From assembly GCF_018977255.1 (NCBI RefSeq), contig NW_024704743.1, positions 75,580,001-75,644,000 of the forward strand: 64,000 nt of DNA, read 5' to 3'. Of this stretch, positions 40,701 through 53,842 are shown piece after piece. The notes below the pieces were generated by a model. The model worked only from the letters and a program-made list of their open reading frames with translations, did not search any database and was not told the origin of the DNA. The DNA is from Callorhinchus milii (taxonomy: Eukaryota). Position numbers and translations under genes: made by a program. Position 1 is the first letter of the stretch; each line of letters opens with the position of its first letter.

Positions 40701-43700
40701 TTATATTTTAATGACCATGCATATAGTGGGCTGAACTCTGCGTGCTTATGGAAGGATAATTTGGGAGAGAGCACTTGCCTGCAGAATAACAGAAAAATAG
40801 ATATTTTTGTCACAGATAGTTTCCATTCAGCTCATTTCAAGGAGCAAACCTTTCTTTCACTGACAACTGCAAAGTGCTTCAAAGGAAGAACGTGGACAGA
40901 GATGGACAAGTTAATGCCAACCCTTCAATCCATTATTCTCATCTTTAAATGTGAACAAAGCAAGGATACAAGAATCTAGCTAGATACTATGCAGACAATG
41001 TATGAAGCGTGTTTCCAATAGCCTTTTCACACCTCCAAACTGGAGACATCTCCTGTATTTTCAGCAGGACCAGCGGTTTCTTTCGTCTTTTACACAACAA
41101 AGTGACTCAGTAATATAAGATTATATTTGTGATGTTTAATGTTTTTAAGACTTTTAATTAATTTTTATGTACGTTTAGAATGTAACCTACCCATAATCTT
41201 TTAATAGGGTTTGTTTGATTTAATAACTAGCTTAGCAGGTATTAAAAGTAGCTTTGCTGGATGGATTGACATTAGCTTCTGATTACAGTTCATATTTTCC
41301 TGGGAAGATGTTCACTCCTCTGAGATAATGAGCAATCGGGTCCTTGAGCATAGATGTAAGAACAATGTACCACAGAATGTAAAGGTTGCAGCCTCAGACG
41401 TCTGCCTATCTCAAGGCTGAAAAACAAGCAGACTGCGGAAGGCTGCCCAAAAGTTGTCCATATCTTTCTCTCTGCAAAGCAGCCTGCGAAGGATGGGGGC
41501 TATCTCTGTGGCAAGGTGAGGTGGAGTTAGAAACACTTAAAAGAAAGATGTAACTTTGAAATGAATTGGAGTTATGTAGAGGCTCTATAGTCTAAGATAA
41601 CACAGTGCTGGGCTGTGCTGCAGTTTCGTAAATACTGTACTTCATTAAACATTGAAACATTGAACCGAGGTCCCTGTTGCCTATACAGGTGGAAGTTAAA
41701 AGATTCCACAGGACTATTTGGAAAGAGAAGGGAGCTTCTCTTTTTTTATATCTACTTCTGTATAACCTTGTACTTAGCCCATTGATCTCCCTTTCTCTTC
41801 CTTTTACATTAAGCTTTTTGGAGCTTTCTTTGTGTAATTTGCTCCTGTTGCACTTAGAGTATGTATTTACCATATATATATATTGTCAGCCTGGTTCAAT
41901 TGGTCATACTCTTGCCTCTGTGTCGGGAAGCTATGGGTTCAAGTCCCATGTCAGTGCTTTGAACTCACAGTTTAGGCTGACATTCCAATACAATGTTAGG
42001 GGAACAATACATTATTGGAGGTGTCTTCCTTTGGAAGCTTGGTCAACAATCCCTCAGATAAAAAAAAGGTCATTAATATTTGTAACCGCATGGGACATGG
42101 CTAAGCGCATATTGGCTACTGTACTCAATTCTACTGTAAACTTTGAAGAGCTTTAAGACCAATGTGATAAGGTATTATATCAAATGCAAGGATGATTATT
42201 ATTATTAACAACTGGTTAAGGTGAGACGCTAAACCAAGATCCCATCTGCCTGTTACTGTGCATATTAAAGATCCCACAGCACTATTCAAAAAGAGAAGGG
42301 AGTTTCTCCCGGTATCCTGGCCAACAATTCCCCAAATAAAATTGGTCACTCACTGTGCAGCTATTTGTGGAATAATGTTGTGTGCAATTGCTGTGGGATG
42401 CCACATTCACCCACAAAACATGTTTCTTTACAGTATATTTTGTGATGTGTTTTTTCATGATGTGATAAGGCGTTATAATGAATCCAAGGATTATATTATT
42501 ATAATTATAATCCTACCATCCTACCGTCACAGCATCATGCTGTTTAAGCGTCCATCATCCTGGCCTCAACTCGATTTGATTTCAGCCATTGTTGTAGTCA
42601 GACATTTTGACCCCAAGATGCATTCAGTAATACTGTACTAAACTAAATAGCAAGCAACTGAGTAGCCCAGCAACTCAGATCTGCCTCAGAATGACAAAGG
42701 ATTTTGGTTTCATAATCCAACATAATTTATATTTGACACTTTTAAACAATGAACAAACTTCCTCTATTCAAATGGGCTTGCAATCTGTCACCTAACCTAA
42801 ATGAACTTTGACATTTTCTCAGCATCCAGGGATTTACTGATGGAATTTTTTATAGTTTCAGGTAAACTTCAGGTCATTTCAGTTATGCCTGCATTATGAT
42901 TGCCAGCTTGTGGAAGTGAGTAGGTAGTTAAACAGCAGGCCAGGATGACTTGTGATTATTCTGCAATTCCAGGTTTACTCATTAGAAGCTTAGACGTTTT
43001 GAACACATAATTACCCTAACAATGAGCTATAGTTTATCGTTGCATCATCAGCAGAGCAGCAGGTGTCACCGACATTTTCTAGACATCCTTACCTCATTTC
43101 TGCCAACCAGTGAGTATCATTCTGGGTTAGGGAGGTAAGTGGGGTCCCTGTGGAACTGAGCTGGCTCCAAGGTGATGTACTTGGCAATGGAATGTCAGAA
43201 TCAGGTCAACCTTCTGTGACAGTCTCGAAAGTCTGGCTCCTGCACCAGGCAGGTCTACGGGGCACCGCTAATGGCAACCCAGCCAACCTGGCTCATCGGC
43301 AGGACTTGGAGGGGCAGGGATTCTTCCCACTCAGCTCCTGTTAATCCTGCAAGTCAAAGCCCTAATGGGTAGGGTGGTCCCAGCTGGTCAAGCAGCGAGA
43401 AGCTTGCCTGACAGTGGTTTCAAAGGCAAGCTATGCAGTGTTTGCTGGTTAAATTCCAGCATTACCTCAACCACACTCTGGGTTGGGCTCGTGCCAAATT
43501 TCGCCGAATACTCTTTGGAATTGGATAAGCACAGTGTGTTCTCCAGGGAGAGAATATGCATTCCGTTTTAGACACTTGATTATACTGAGGTGGGGGGCAG
43601 GGAGGGAAGGGGGAAGGAGCTGTCCTTTGAGCTGAACTAACTCCAAGGTGACATGTTTGGCAACGGAATGTTGGAATCAAGTTAATCCTCCAAAATTAGG

Positions 43701-46700
43701 TAGGCAGGGTAAGTCCCTTTGGGGAGAGAAAGTGCATTTCATTGCAGACCCAGGGAAACTTCCATGTGTTGAAGGTATATGGAACTCTGAGTCTGGTTTG
43801 GATATTCTAAGTGATGGGTTTTCGCAAGTGGCTGATGAAAAAATGACCTGTCAACTAGCCTGCACTGACCTGCCAATCATAGCTGTATCTCTGTCTGTTG
43901 CTGATGTCTCACGTGCTGTGGCTGACATCTTTCTTTTTCACCCATCATCTGTGCTTTGATCAATGGGGCAGATTTCCATTTCAGAAGTTGAGAAAAACGA
44001 TTTTATTCAGTTAGTTTCTGTGGTGCTGAAATGATACGTGCTACAAGTATGGTGGCAGTGCAGAAAAGAGCAACTCTCCCAGTGTTAGAGAGATGACTAA
44101 AGTGGAACAAATAGACACATTGGGGTTCTTCACTCTAAAAATGGGGCATCATAGTGATGTTTAATGGGGTAGAGAGAGCAAGTTCTGAAGAATGCTTCCA
44201 CATATGCCAAGGCTCCCCAGAATATCTTTCAGTATTGATCCATATAATGAATACAGTTTGATGTGGTAATGTAGGATGACCAAGTTTTGTAAGCCAAGTC
44301 CAGGGACACATATACAAAAAAAATAATCTCACCAGAATTTCTGATGCTGGAAGTTACTGGAGAAGCTTGTGGCTGTGTTTCTCTGATAAACTTATCTACT
44401 TTACAATGTTATTGTTCTTTCTCAGTTTGTTGCTGAACTCAAAATAATAATAATAATCCTTGCATTTAATATAGTGCCTTATCACGTCTTCGAGACACCT
44501 CAAAGCACTTCACAGAATATACTGTAAAGTGAATTGACTGTATATTTTGTAGTGAAACACAGCAGCCAATTGCAGCAGCCACAGCAGTGTCCCAAAAAGA
44601 GTCATGGATCGTGTGACCAAATTAATATCGTTTTTTTGACAGGATTATTATACCCAGAAAAGTGATCTGCCAATCGACTAATCGGGTTTCTATGGGGCAA
44701 ATTTGGTCCCAGGGACACAATAGCTCACCCAGGGATTCTCTGCATAAATCATGGATGTATGGTCATGCAGTAGTAAAGGGAAGATGGTAGGATGGATATT
44801 CTGGAAAAATTGATTCAAATCTGACAACTAAAAAATGGAAAACTGTGGTGATAGAGGAACAATATTATGTGATCCTGGATTGACTGTGAAAACTTCGCTT
44901 TGGATCCTTTCATCTATCGTTAAGGGTCATTCAAATCTAGGTTCATTCAAATCTAAGTCCTGTGGTGAAAAGAGAGTGTGTTGATCCAAAGCAGTCCAAA
45001 CACAAAAGCTTTCAATTCATACTGCATTTCTTGAAATAGGAATCTTCCCAAAGTACGCACGATGATTGATCATATACTCCCCACTATGAGGGCAGAATTC
45101 TGAGTACCTTTGCTTGAATAACCACTTTGTATAGTGTTGCTGAGATAGTAACCTCTCGGGGTAATTTATTTCATTTTCAGAGAAAACACTTGAATTAATT
45201 TGCAGGGCTGAAGAATTGATGTACACGTCTGCACCCGGTAGAGTGTGAGATGTGTATTCATCTGGTAATTGAGACTAAATAGAAAGATATCTGCATGAAT
45301 TTTCAACTGACCTGGAACAAAAGAGTTCGGTAAGAACATGTACAATGCAAGCACCGAGAGGCTGACTGAAACCAGGAGCCAGTGTTTCAGTGAAGACTTA
45401 CAGTGGTTGAAATACATCACTATCCTTTAAACTTCAAACACCCTAGAAAAGAATGCACTACCTTTTTTGGTTAGGACATCTGTAAATGTCAATACTGTTC
45501 TGAAAGCAATATTAGCATTGTAAGGGGAGAGACCTCCCTTTACAATGCCTCACGAAGCAGCGCACAACATCAATAACAATACGTTATTATGTAGCTTTAT
45601 GTAGGAAAATAATTTAGAGGGTTTTTACAACCGCTTGGTATTTATATAGCACCCTTTATCTGGGTAGCATCTTAAGCAAGAAAGCATTTTAAAAGGAAAA
45701 GGTCAGGGGGATGTGACCCTGAGTGCAGTCAAAAATTTAGGAATTGGGGAAGGAGTTAATATATTAGGAGGTGTGTGTGTGTGGGGTGCGGTGGTGGAAG
45801 GAGGATGCAAGACGGAGGGGTAGAGCAATAGACTTCCACAAGTTGGGGCAAAGTAACTGAAGGCTCATTTTCCGATGGTGGCATGGAAAGAGTGCAGCAG
45901 ACCCAAGCGGACAAGTGGCGGAGGGAGTAACAGAGTGGAGTAGGAGATCACCGAGATAGGGAGGTGATAGGCTGTGAAAGGCTAGTGGAGCTTGGCAAGG
46001 ACTGGGGTTAGCGCAGGTGAGAAGGTAGACGGTGAATTATGGATCAACTGGAGCTTATGGTTGGTGGAATTAGAGAGACCAGAAAGGAATGCATTTTTGC
46101 CCACGCAGGACAAGACATCGGGTTTCACTAAATCGTAGAAAATTACTGCACAGAAAAGAGGCCATGAAACTCAGCATGCTTATGCCAGCTCTCAGTTCTC
46201 TCCACATTCTCTATATTGTCCTTTTCAAATATCTGTGCAATTTTCTTTTAAGATCTATTCTACAATAACTATTCTCCTTTCTTTTCTCTTCTCGTCTTGA
46301 ATAGTGTCATGGTGACAATGCAGACAACACCTTGGTTGAACAACTCATTTGAAGCACAGCACTTCTGACACAGCAGCATTCCCCCACACTAGAATGGATT
46401 GTGTGCTTGGACTATGAGCACAGGAACCCTAATGTGGGGTTTGAACCTACATTCTTCAGACCCAGAGCCAGTTACCAACCAAGCCAAGCTGACACCTGAT
46501 GCATAACGTGCTGAGACACACTGTCAGCTCACACATGAAAAGATACCAGAAAGTGACCAGTGCTTGAGGAACTGTCCCACCACCAAAAGGAAAGAAAGGT
46601 CAATGATTTCAGTGGAGGAGGGGAGAGGGAATTTGTTGGAATCCACTCATTGATGCTGATGCTCCTCCTGCATATTCTGTGTTGATTTCAGATTTGCAGC

Positions 46701-47079
46701 ATTCACTGAGTTTCCTCTTACCCAGTGTAATATACATTGGCCACTCCGGTATTTATAACTTACATTCCTTTACAAAGACCCAATGTTCGTGACTTCAGTG
46801 CATCAATCTCATTGACTGTGAGTGGCCAGATGATGTATAATGGGTTTTAATTACATTCATTTTAATTATACTCTATTAGAAGTTCAATCACTTTGCTTAA
46901 AGGCAAGTGTTGGTATCATTATTCAGTGCTGGGGACGGATGTACACAGTAATTACTGAGCTCTCCCAACTCACACATAAACCCAGGGATGGAGCTGTAGA
47001 TCTGCCTCACTGACTGAACAGAGACTGTCTGAGGAAACTGTGAGGGCAGAATTACAGGTGAACAGTGTGAAATAGGCAG

Positions 47080-47150
47080 TTGAGTATTACAGGGAAAGAG
47101 CAGGTGAGGATTACAGGGAAAGAGCAGGTGTGGATTATAGGAAAAGATTA
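47080..47150 (+). repeat. 24-bp tandem repeat (GTGAGGATTACAGGGAAAGAGCAG), about 3 units
   Basis: Read directly from the sequence. Confidence 0.75.
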
Positions 47151-49127
47151 GTGAAGTAGCTTTAGGACAGATTGATCTGATTCTTTCTTGGAAGGGCAAA
47201 CACAGCTGCCAGAATAGTTGAATGGCCTTCTACAGTGGCGTTGAGTTCTATAGTTCTAAATCTGCACATCTGCTGTCATAAGTTAGAGATAAACTTTTTT
47301 AAGTTTCTATTACTGAATACTAAGATGAATTGTAGTGCAAAGCATTGCAGCAGATTTCGAATGCGATAAGGTTTGAATAAGTGGAAATACAAATAGGAGT
47401 GAAAATGTGATGCTTCTTGACAGGGGTTTTAGCAGATATGTTAAGAAGCGTAACACTTTTCTGTCTCTTGCTGGAGATTGACCTCCACACTGGAGAGCAG
47501 GATGTTCCCATTCTCTCTCTCACTATCATCTCAGTTGCTTCTGAATTTGAAGCCTTGGGATGGAAGATCCCACTTCATATGCAACACATTGATTCAGGCA
47601 AGACCCAGAAGACAAAGACAAGATGTGAGTAGTGCACATCAATACAATAAAGATATTTGACTTCACTCACACACACACACACAAACACACAGCTACAATT
47701 TCCACTCTCCTTTCAAACCAGACACAAACCAGACTGGTGAGGGCAGAGTATCACACTACACAGAGATAACAACAACAACAAGATTGTATTTATAGAGCGC
47801 CTTTCACGTCGGGAGGATGTCCCAAGGCGCTGGAACGCCCTGGGTCTTCCTCCTGACGTGAAGAAAGAAACGACAGGCAGCACTCTGGTTAGCCTTGCAC
47901 TGTGCTATCTCCCAAATCATATTTCCTCTATGCAACCATACTGTCTGAGCCAATTTGGGTACCTGAGATCTACTCACAGCCTTCCTTCTGGTTTGTGGCA
48001 GTAATATTGGACCTCTTTGAGCAGGTATTAATCTACATGGTGCTCAGAGAGTAGAATTCCCTACCTACAACTTGGGGTAAGAGATAGGAAAGTGACTGAG
48101 TTCAGCTTGAGTTTCTGCATGAGCCTAGCACTTTTCCCCACCACTTGACCTGGCTTCACTGGAGAGTGACTTCCTGACCTGGCCTGCTGCCTCAGGGTTT
48201 CAGCTGTGTGTGACCTCTCCCTAGCACATCCTTCTGTAATGATGACAGTTTTGTCTTTCTCTTTGTTTGATCAGTGACATATGGTCTTACAAGGCCTGCT
48301 GGGTCATCGATAACAACACCACTTTGTATTTGTCCAGCACTGTTCACATAGGTTAACGGCTTGGACCACTTTATGGAGACAGTATCAGATATCAAACAAG
48401 AAAAAGAGGGAGCTGGCCATATGTGCAGGTTGGAAGGCATAGGTTTTAAGGTGGGACTTAGTTAGATACATAGGTTGGGGGTGGTGGGGATGGTAGTGTG
48501 GAGGAAGTGCAGTGGTAGGGGGAGGGAATCTCAGAAATTAAGGTTATTGTATGTGAAAGCTTGGACACCAATGATGACCTTTTGAGCCTAGAGAAAGCTT
48601 CCAGCTATATGTTCCTAGCAGGAGGATTACATTGTAGAATTAATTACTCTGCGTATAAATAAAGGCACACATGGTTATTGACATTTTTTTCGTTAACATG
48701 GCCTGGATTTTAAACAGAAACATTTTTGCTTTGTCTCCTGTGTGTTATCTTGCTCCAATGAGCCTCCCTTCCTTCTGAGGTTACACTGCGTTTGCACATC
48801 AACACAATCCAGGCAAGTGGATACTTCAGGACTTGGGAATGTTGTGGAGTATCCAGCACACATCCATTGTCCTTACTACCTTAATCGGAAGGTGTTGCAC
48901 AGCACTGATTTAGTGATAATATAATGATAAATACATCATCCTTGCATTTGATGTATTATCTACAACGTGAAAATGTTTCAAAGCACTGTGCGGGTATTGT
49001 CAAATCTAGTGACTAGACAAATGGAGCAGCCTGGTGCAACATTTCATATCTGCCCTCCTGAAGACCTTCCTCAATTGTGTCTATGGTCGTCTCCTTCCTC
49101 TCCCAGGCTTGGTGTCAGGCTTCGCCA

Positions 49128-49350
49128 CTCCACACGCCTAATAATAATCCCTCCAAAAACCCAAAACAATAATTAAATTGGTCATTTTCAATCTACGACT
49201 GTTTGTGGGACATTGCTGTGCGCCATTGGCTGCCGCGTTCGCCCACAAATATACAGTCAATTCACTTTACAGTGTGTTCTGTGAAGCGCTTTGGGACGTC
49301 CTCCTGACGTGAAAAGCTCTATATCAAATGCAAGGATTATTATTATTATT
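49128..49350 (+). mobile_element. 5'-truncated young SINE. Similar partial copies at ~11192-11315, 14872-15132, 25950-26135, 28905-29074, 31689-31870, 37755-37900, 44445-44690, 61290-61460
   Basis: Shared core TGTTTGTGGGACA..GCTGTGCGCAATTGGCTGCCGCG and tail. Confidence 0.88.
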
Positions 49351-50880
49351 AAGCACTCCAAGACAGTACCCTACGTGAAGTGCACTATATATATGCAAGG
49401 GCGCTATATATGTGCAAGTGGTCTCCCTCTTCTGTCAAATCTACCCTGCCCCCACATCAGGATGAGGGACAGGTTAGATTTGACAGTAGAGAGGGAGTGG
49501 GGCAGTGTAGTAAAATGGCAAGAGACCACAGAGATAAAGTGGGAAAAGGCTGTGGAGCCATTTGAAGGTAAGAACAAGGCTCTTGAGAACTTATTTTCAA
49601 ACATTGCCCCTTTCCCTGTCTCTGTCCTGAGAACTGAGGTCAGAGGCTAGATACATGAGCAGTGAGATGAGCTCAAGTGGGGCAGATAAGGTCTTCCATG
49701 TGAAAATAACTGGCCAGAATGCAACACAACACAGTGGTCACTCCCACATGCCACCGATTTGGAGTGGTTTATGATCACAAAGAATATGCAGCACATCATG
49801 GCTGAGAGGATACTTATTCTTTTGATCAGATATGCTTTCCATTGGAGTGCAACTTAGGCGAGATCTACTGTCACCTACAAATACACAGTCCAGTCAACTC
49901 TGCTCACACCCGCACCCCCTCTACCTGGCTTGGTGACAAGCTCCACCACTGTTAAGCGCTCCGAGACGCTACCCCACATGAAGGATGCTTTATAAATTCA
50001 AACTGTAGTTGTTGTATTTGCACATCTTTTATAGTTCAGACTGAAAGAAACTTGTAATTGCATTAAAATGAGTATAAAAATATGAACTAAGAAGTCGTGA
50101 TTTCCAAGGCACAAAGCCAATCAATTTCACAATCCTTTGGAGACATTCTGACAATAGACAGATATGCTCAGAGGTGTGGATGACAGAGGCACTGCATAAG
50201 TAATGACTGGAATCTAACAAAGACTCCTTTTATCACCTAAAGAGAATGACTGAAACGTGATTTAATGGAAACCGCTGAGTGTGAACAAAAGATCCGTTTG
50301 ATTATTGATGTGATCATATGTCAGCACAGTCATGGTGAGCAGCACAGGAACTTACTGCTGTTAAACAGAAGGATTTAAAACTTCATTGTTCATAACTACT
50401 AATGCCTACAAATGGAGTCACTACACTTTACAGTAAATCATAAGAAGGACTTTAAGACAGCAATTTATCAAATGCAAGGATTATTATGATTATTAATAAT
50501 AATAAAGCTAACAGGAAATTCATATCCATTTCTGATCCAAGGGGAATTAAGATTAATTTGGTTGGCCACCAATGCTCCGCTTACAGAATAAAGTGTTCAG
50601 TCTGGGTGAATCAGGGTCGAGGGTTCAGCACCCAAGAACAGATCTGCAAGCTGTGCTTTGTACTGGTGTCACTTTACATTAGCATCAGGGAATGGATTGA
50701 TTTTCTGCACTAGTCCATCAGGGGCTGACCACTATTAGAAGAGCTGGAGCTCTTGAGCTGGTTAAAGGAAATTGTCTGTAATCATCGGAAGACATTAATC
50801 TGATTGATTGAATTTGAAATAAAAGTAAGGAAACGGCCTTCTTCGCATTTTAGAGTAACATCGAGGAGTAAAGCTTTAAC

Positions 50881-51715
50881 AACAATAACAACAACTTGGA
50901 TTTATATAGCGCCCTCCACACCGGACGGCGTCTCAGAGCGCTTCACAGTAACGGATCCCGGAGCTGAGCCAGGGGGAGAGGGGGGAAGGTGACCAAAGGC
51001 GCGGTCGAAAAGAAAGGTCTTCAGCAGAGACCTGAAAATAGGAAGAGAGGGAGCGAGGCTAAGGGAGTGAGGAAGGGAGTTCCAGAGCCTCGGGGCATAG
51101 TGGCTGAAGGCACGGCCAGCGGAGGACTCGGGGGACAAGAAGAAGGCCAGACCGGAGGAACGAAGGCAACAGGCACTGTTTTGAGGAGAGAGGAGTTCAG
51201 AGAGGTAGTGGGGTGCAGAGGAGTGGAGGGATTTGAAGACAAGAGTGAGGATCTTGAAGCGATCCTTTCTGGAACAGGCAGCCAGTGCAGTCTGCCAAGG
51301 ACTGGGATAATTGGGGAGCGGAGTTTGGTGTGGGTGAGAATGCGGGTGGCAGAGTTTTGAATAATCTGGATTTTATGGATGATAATAGATGGGAGGCCGG
51401 CAAAGAGGGTGTTAGAATAGTCCAGACGAGAGGTGACATAGGTATGGACCAGGGTTTCAGCGGCTTTCGGAGAGAGGTATTGGTGGAGATGTGTGATTCG
51501 TTGGAGGTGGAAGAAAGTAGGGTCTAAGATCAAGGGAGGCTTTGGAAATGAAGGCCACTCTGTCGCCATGTTGGTTTGGATGGGGGGTGTGGTGGAAGGT
51601 GTAGCCTGGAGGGGAGGCTTCCACTAGGACGGGGTCATTGGGATTGAGCCAGGTTTCGGTGAGCCCAAGAATGTCAAGGTGCTCGTCCAGGATGAGGTCG
51701 TGGATGGTGAGGTCG
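50881..51715 (-). mobile_element. L2 LINE copy with a large internal deletion (endonuclease N-terminus joined to the 3' region)
   Basis: IHDLILDEHLDILGLTETWL at the 5' side; FFHLQRITHLHQYLSPKAAETLVH and the tail at the 3' side. Confidence 0.85.
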
Positions 51716-53182
51716 TGAGTGAATTAATTAAACTTTAATTCAGTTTAAATACAATTCTAAGCAATGTATTTGATGTACCGGTGTAAGATTTACCTTTTCA
51801 ACCACGTTTTGGGGCTAGGAAGCCTTCCCCCAAGTCAGATCCATATATACATTCAGGTTTATCTACACTGTCAAGTCTATGTCCACCCTCAGGTCTATAA
51901 TACCATGTGGAATTACTCTTGTTCAGTGAGGTGTCATTGGTGAAGGGCAGAGGGGAGGTTACACCTTCTGGTGCAGTGGCAGACATATGGCAACACTGTC
52001 AGGAAATTGACATTGGCTTAGAGAAACAGATTGCGAGGATGATTTCCAGGGTGATAGTGGATATGATCAAGGAGGTGTTTAACAACAACAACAAAATTAA
52101 ATTTGTATAGTGCCTTTCAGGTCGGGAGAATGTCCCACGGAAGATAATGAAAGGAAAATTCAGAGGCTAAATGGTGTGGAACTATTCTTGCAAGTAGGTG
52201 GTTTGAGAACAAGGGGGGATGAATTTAAGATTATACTTAGGACTGTGAAGGGGGAATGTTTCAGACAGAAAATTCTCCCAGAGGGTTATCAAGAGTATGG
52301 AATGAATTGCCAGGGGTGGCTGTTAGAGAAGAGTTGATTGGGGGCAATTAAAGGGGGATTAAGGTGGGGACATTTGGAGAAAGAGGATTTGAGAATAAAG
52401 GGAAAGATCAGGAAATTGGGATTTGGCTAAGTGGTTTCATTTGAGGAGCAAACACGGGCAATAATGCGATAGGTTGAATGGCTTCCTGCTGTATGATAGA
52501 TTTCTATGATTCTTTGCCTCCTACCAGTGGGTGAGAAGATTGTGCTATTCAATACACAATCCCAGCACTGTTAGATAAAGATTGTGGTTGAACCTTCAAC
52601 TTCTGTGCCTCTGGAGCTCCCTCTCGCCACCCATCTGTCTAGCACCCCCACCCCCCACCACCTCTATCTTTAAATCCCACCTAAAGACCAAGCTCTTTGA
52701 CCCTGCCTACGGTCACTGACACTGGTTGTCTATCTGTGCCTTTCTCTCCCTGACTTCCTATCTCTGTACCTCTATCCCTATCCAACGCAATACAAGCCAC
52801 AATCTTCACCCCTATGCTGAATTATAAGTTTGAAGGATAAGGTTATTTATTATAACATGGAGTAATATGTGTTTTGCTCTCAGTTTATTTCCACACTGTT
52901 CTTCAGAGGAAACTATAAACCAAAATCACTTCCCTCTTTATAGTGAGAAAATAATTCAAAGTCCAATTTACTGCTAAGGACGCTTTACTTTGCAATCCTC
53001 TTAAAATGTAACGTTGGTGGTTTCTCAAAGAATTTGTGAAACTGTCGAGTGCAATAAACATACACAAGTATTTTTTTTAATCTGTTGTTAGTTCTGGTGT
53101 AACCTACACTTCCCTTTCCAGAGTTGTCAAAAGTCTTCAGGTCATAATTAGTGTTTCAAAAGAGATTAATTGCAAGTGATGA

Positions 53183-53242
53183 AAAACCATGGCAACTCAA
53201 GATTGCCATGACGACCACCGATGCTGGTTAGATAAGCCCGAG
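53183..53242 (+). promoter_or_regulatory. Candidate PPP1R17 promoter / non-coding exon 1 with RFX X-box-like motifs
   Basis: CCATGGCAAC and TTGCCATGACGAC motifs followed by donor GAG|gtaagg at 53243; alternative donor CG|gtgagt at 53309. The ATG exon at 56294 has an acceptor. Confidence 0.45.
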
Positions 53243-53842
53243 GTAAGGCTCACAGCAGTAGCGCAGACAGATCATCCTTTAGTGAAGACAGCTGTCGGCT
53301 TTCTGTCGGTGAGTACTTCACACAGTCCTCTCCTGTGACTTTATAAGGAAAAGTACAGGTGTTTACAGAGTACTTTTGTAATCGTAAAATAACATCAAAA
53401 AATAAAGTAAATTTCTTATCATTGTTTTTAAGAAGCAATGAAGGACATATGGCAGCTATAGCACTAAACCTGCTATAATACTGGCCTTTTGCTGTTGTAT
53501 TAGGATTTTCAAATTCCATTTGATGCAATGTTATAAGTGATTCATTATCGCATGTACGTTGTTATAACAGAAAAATACAATTCTAGTCTTGTCCTGGACA
53601 CTAATAACAGGACTGGAGTGTATGCGACCACTGTATTGTTAAGAGACAGAAACTGTTGGGAGGAAATGAAGAGATATTTTGTTTGTGCTTTCTCTTACTA
53701 CCAAACAAAGCAGTGAATTAAATATTGCACTTGGCTTTTGCGTAATGAAGCAAAGACACTTTAAACCAATTGACCAATTTCTCTGCTTGAAACTCAAAAT
53801 TTGTGTCCTCCCAATATACACTGTCTCACGATGGATCTATAA

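Noticed and set aside
47320..47660. Overlapping short ORFs on both strands
   Set aside because: No convincing pair of splice sites and no homology; too weak to add to the orphan exon chain.
53250..53528. 92-aa minus-strand ORF
   Set aside because: Non-ATG start, no recognisable homology, AT-rich, and overlaps the likely PPP1R17 exon 1/intron 1 boundary.
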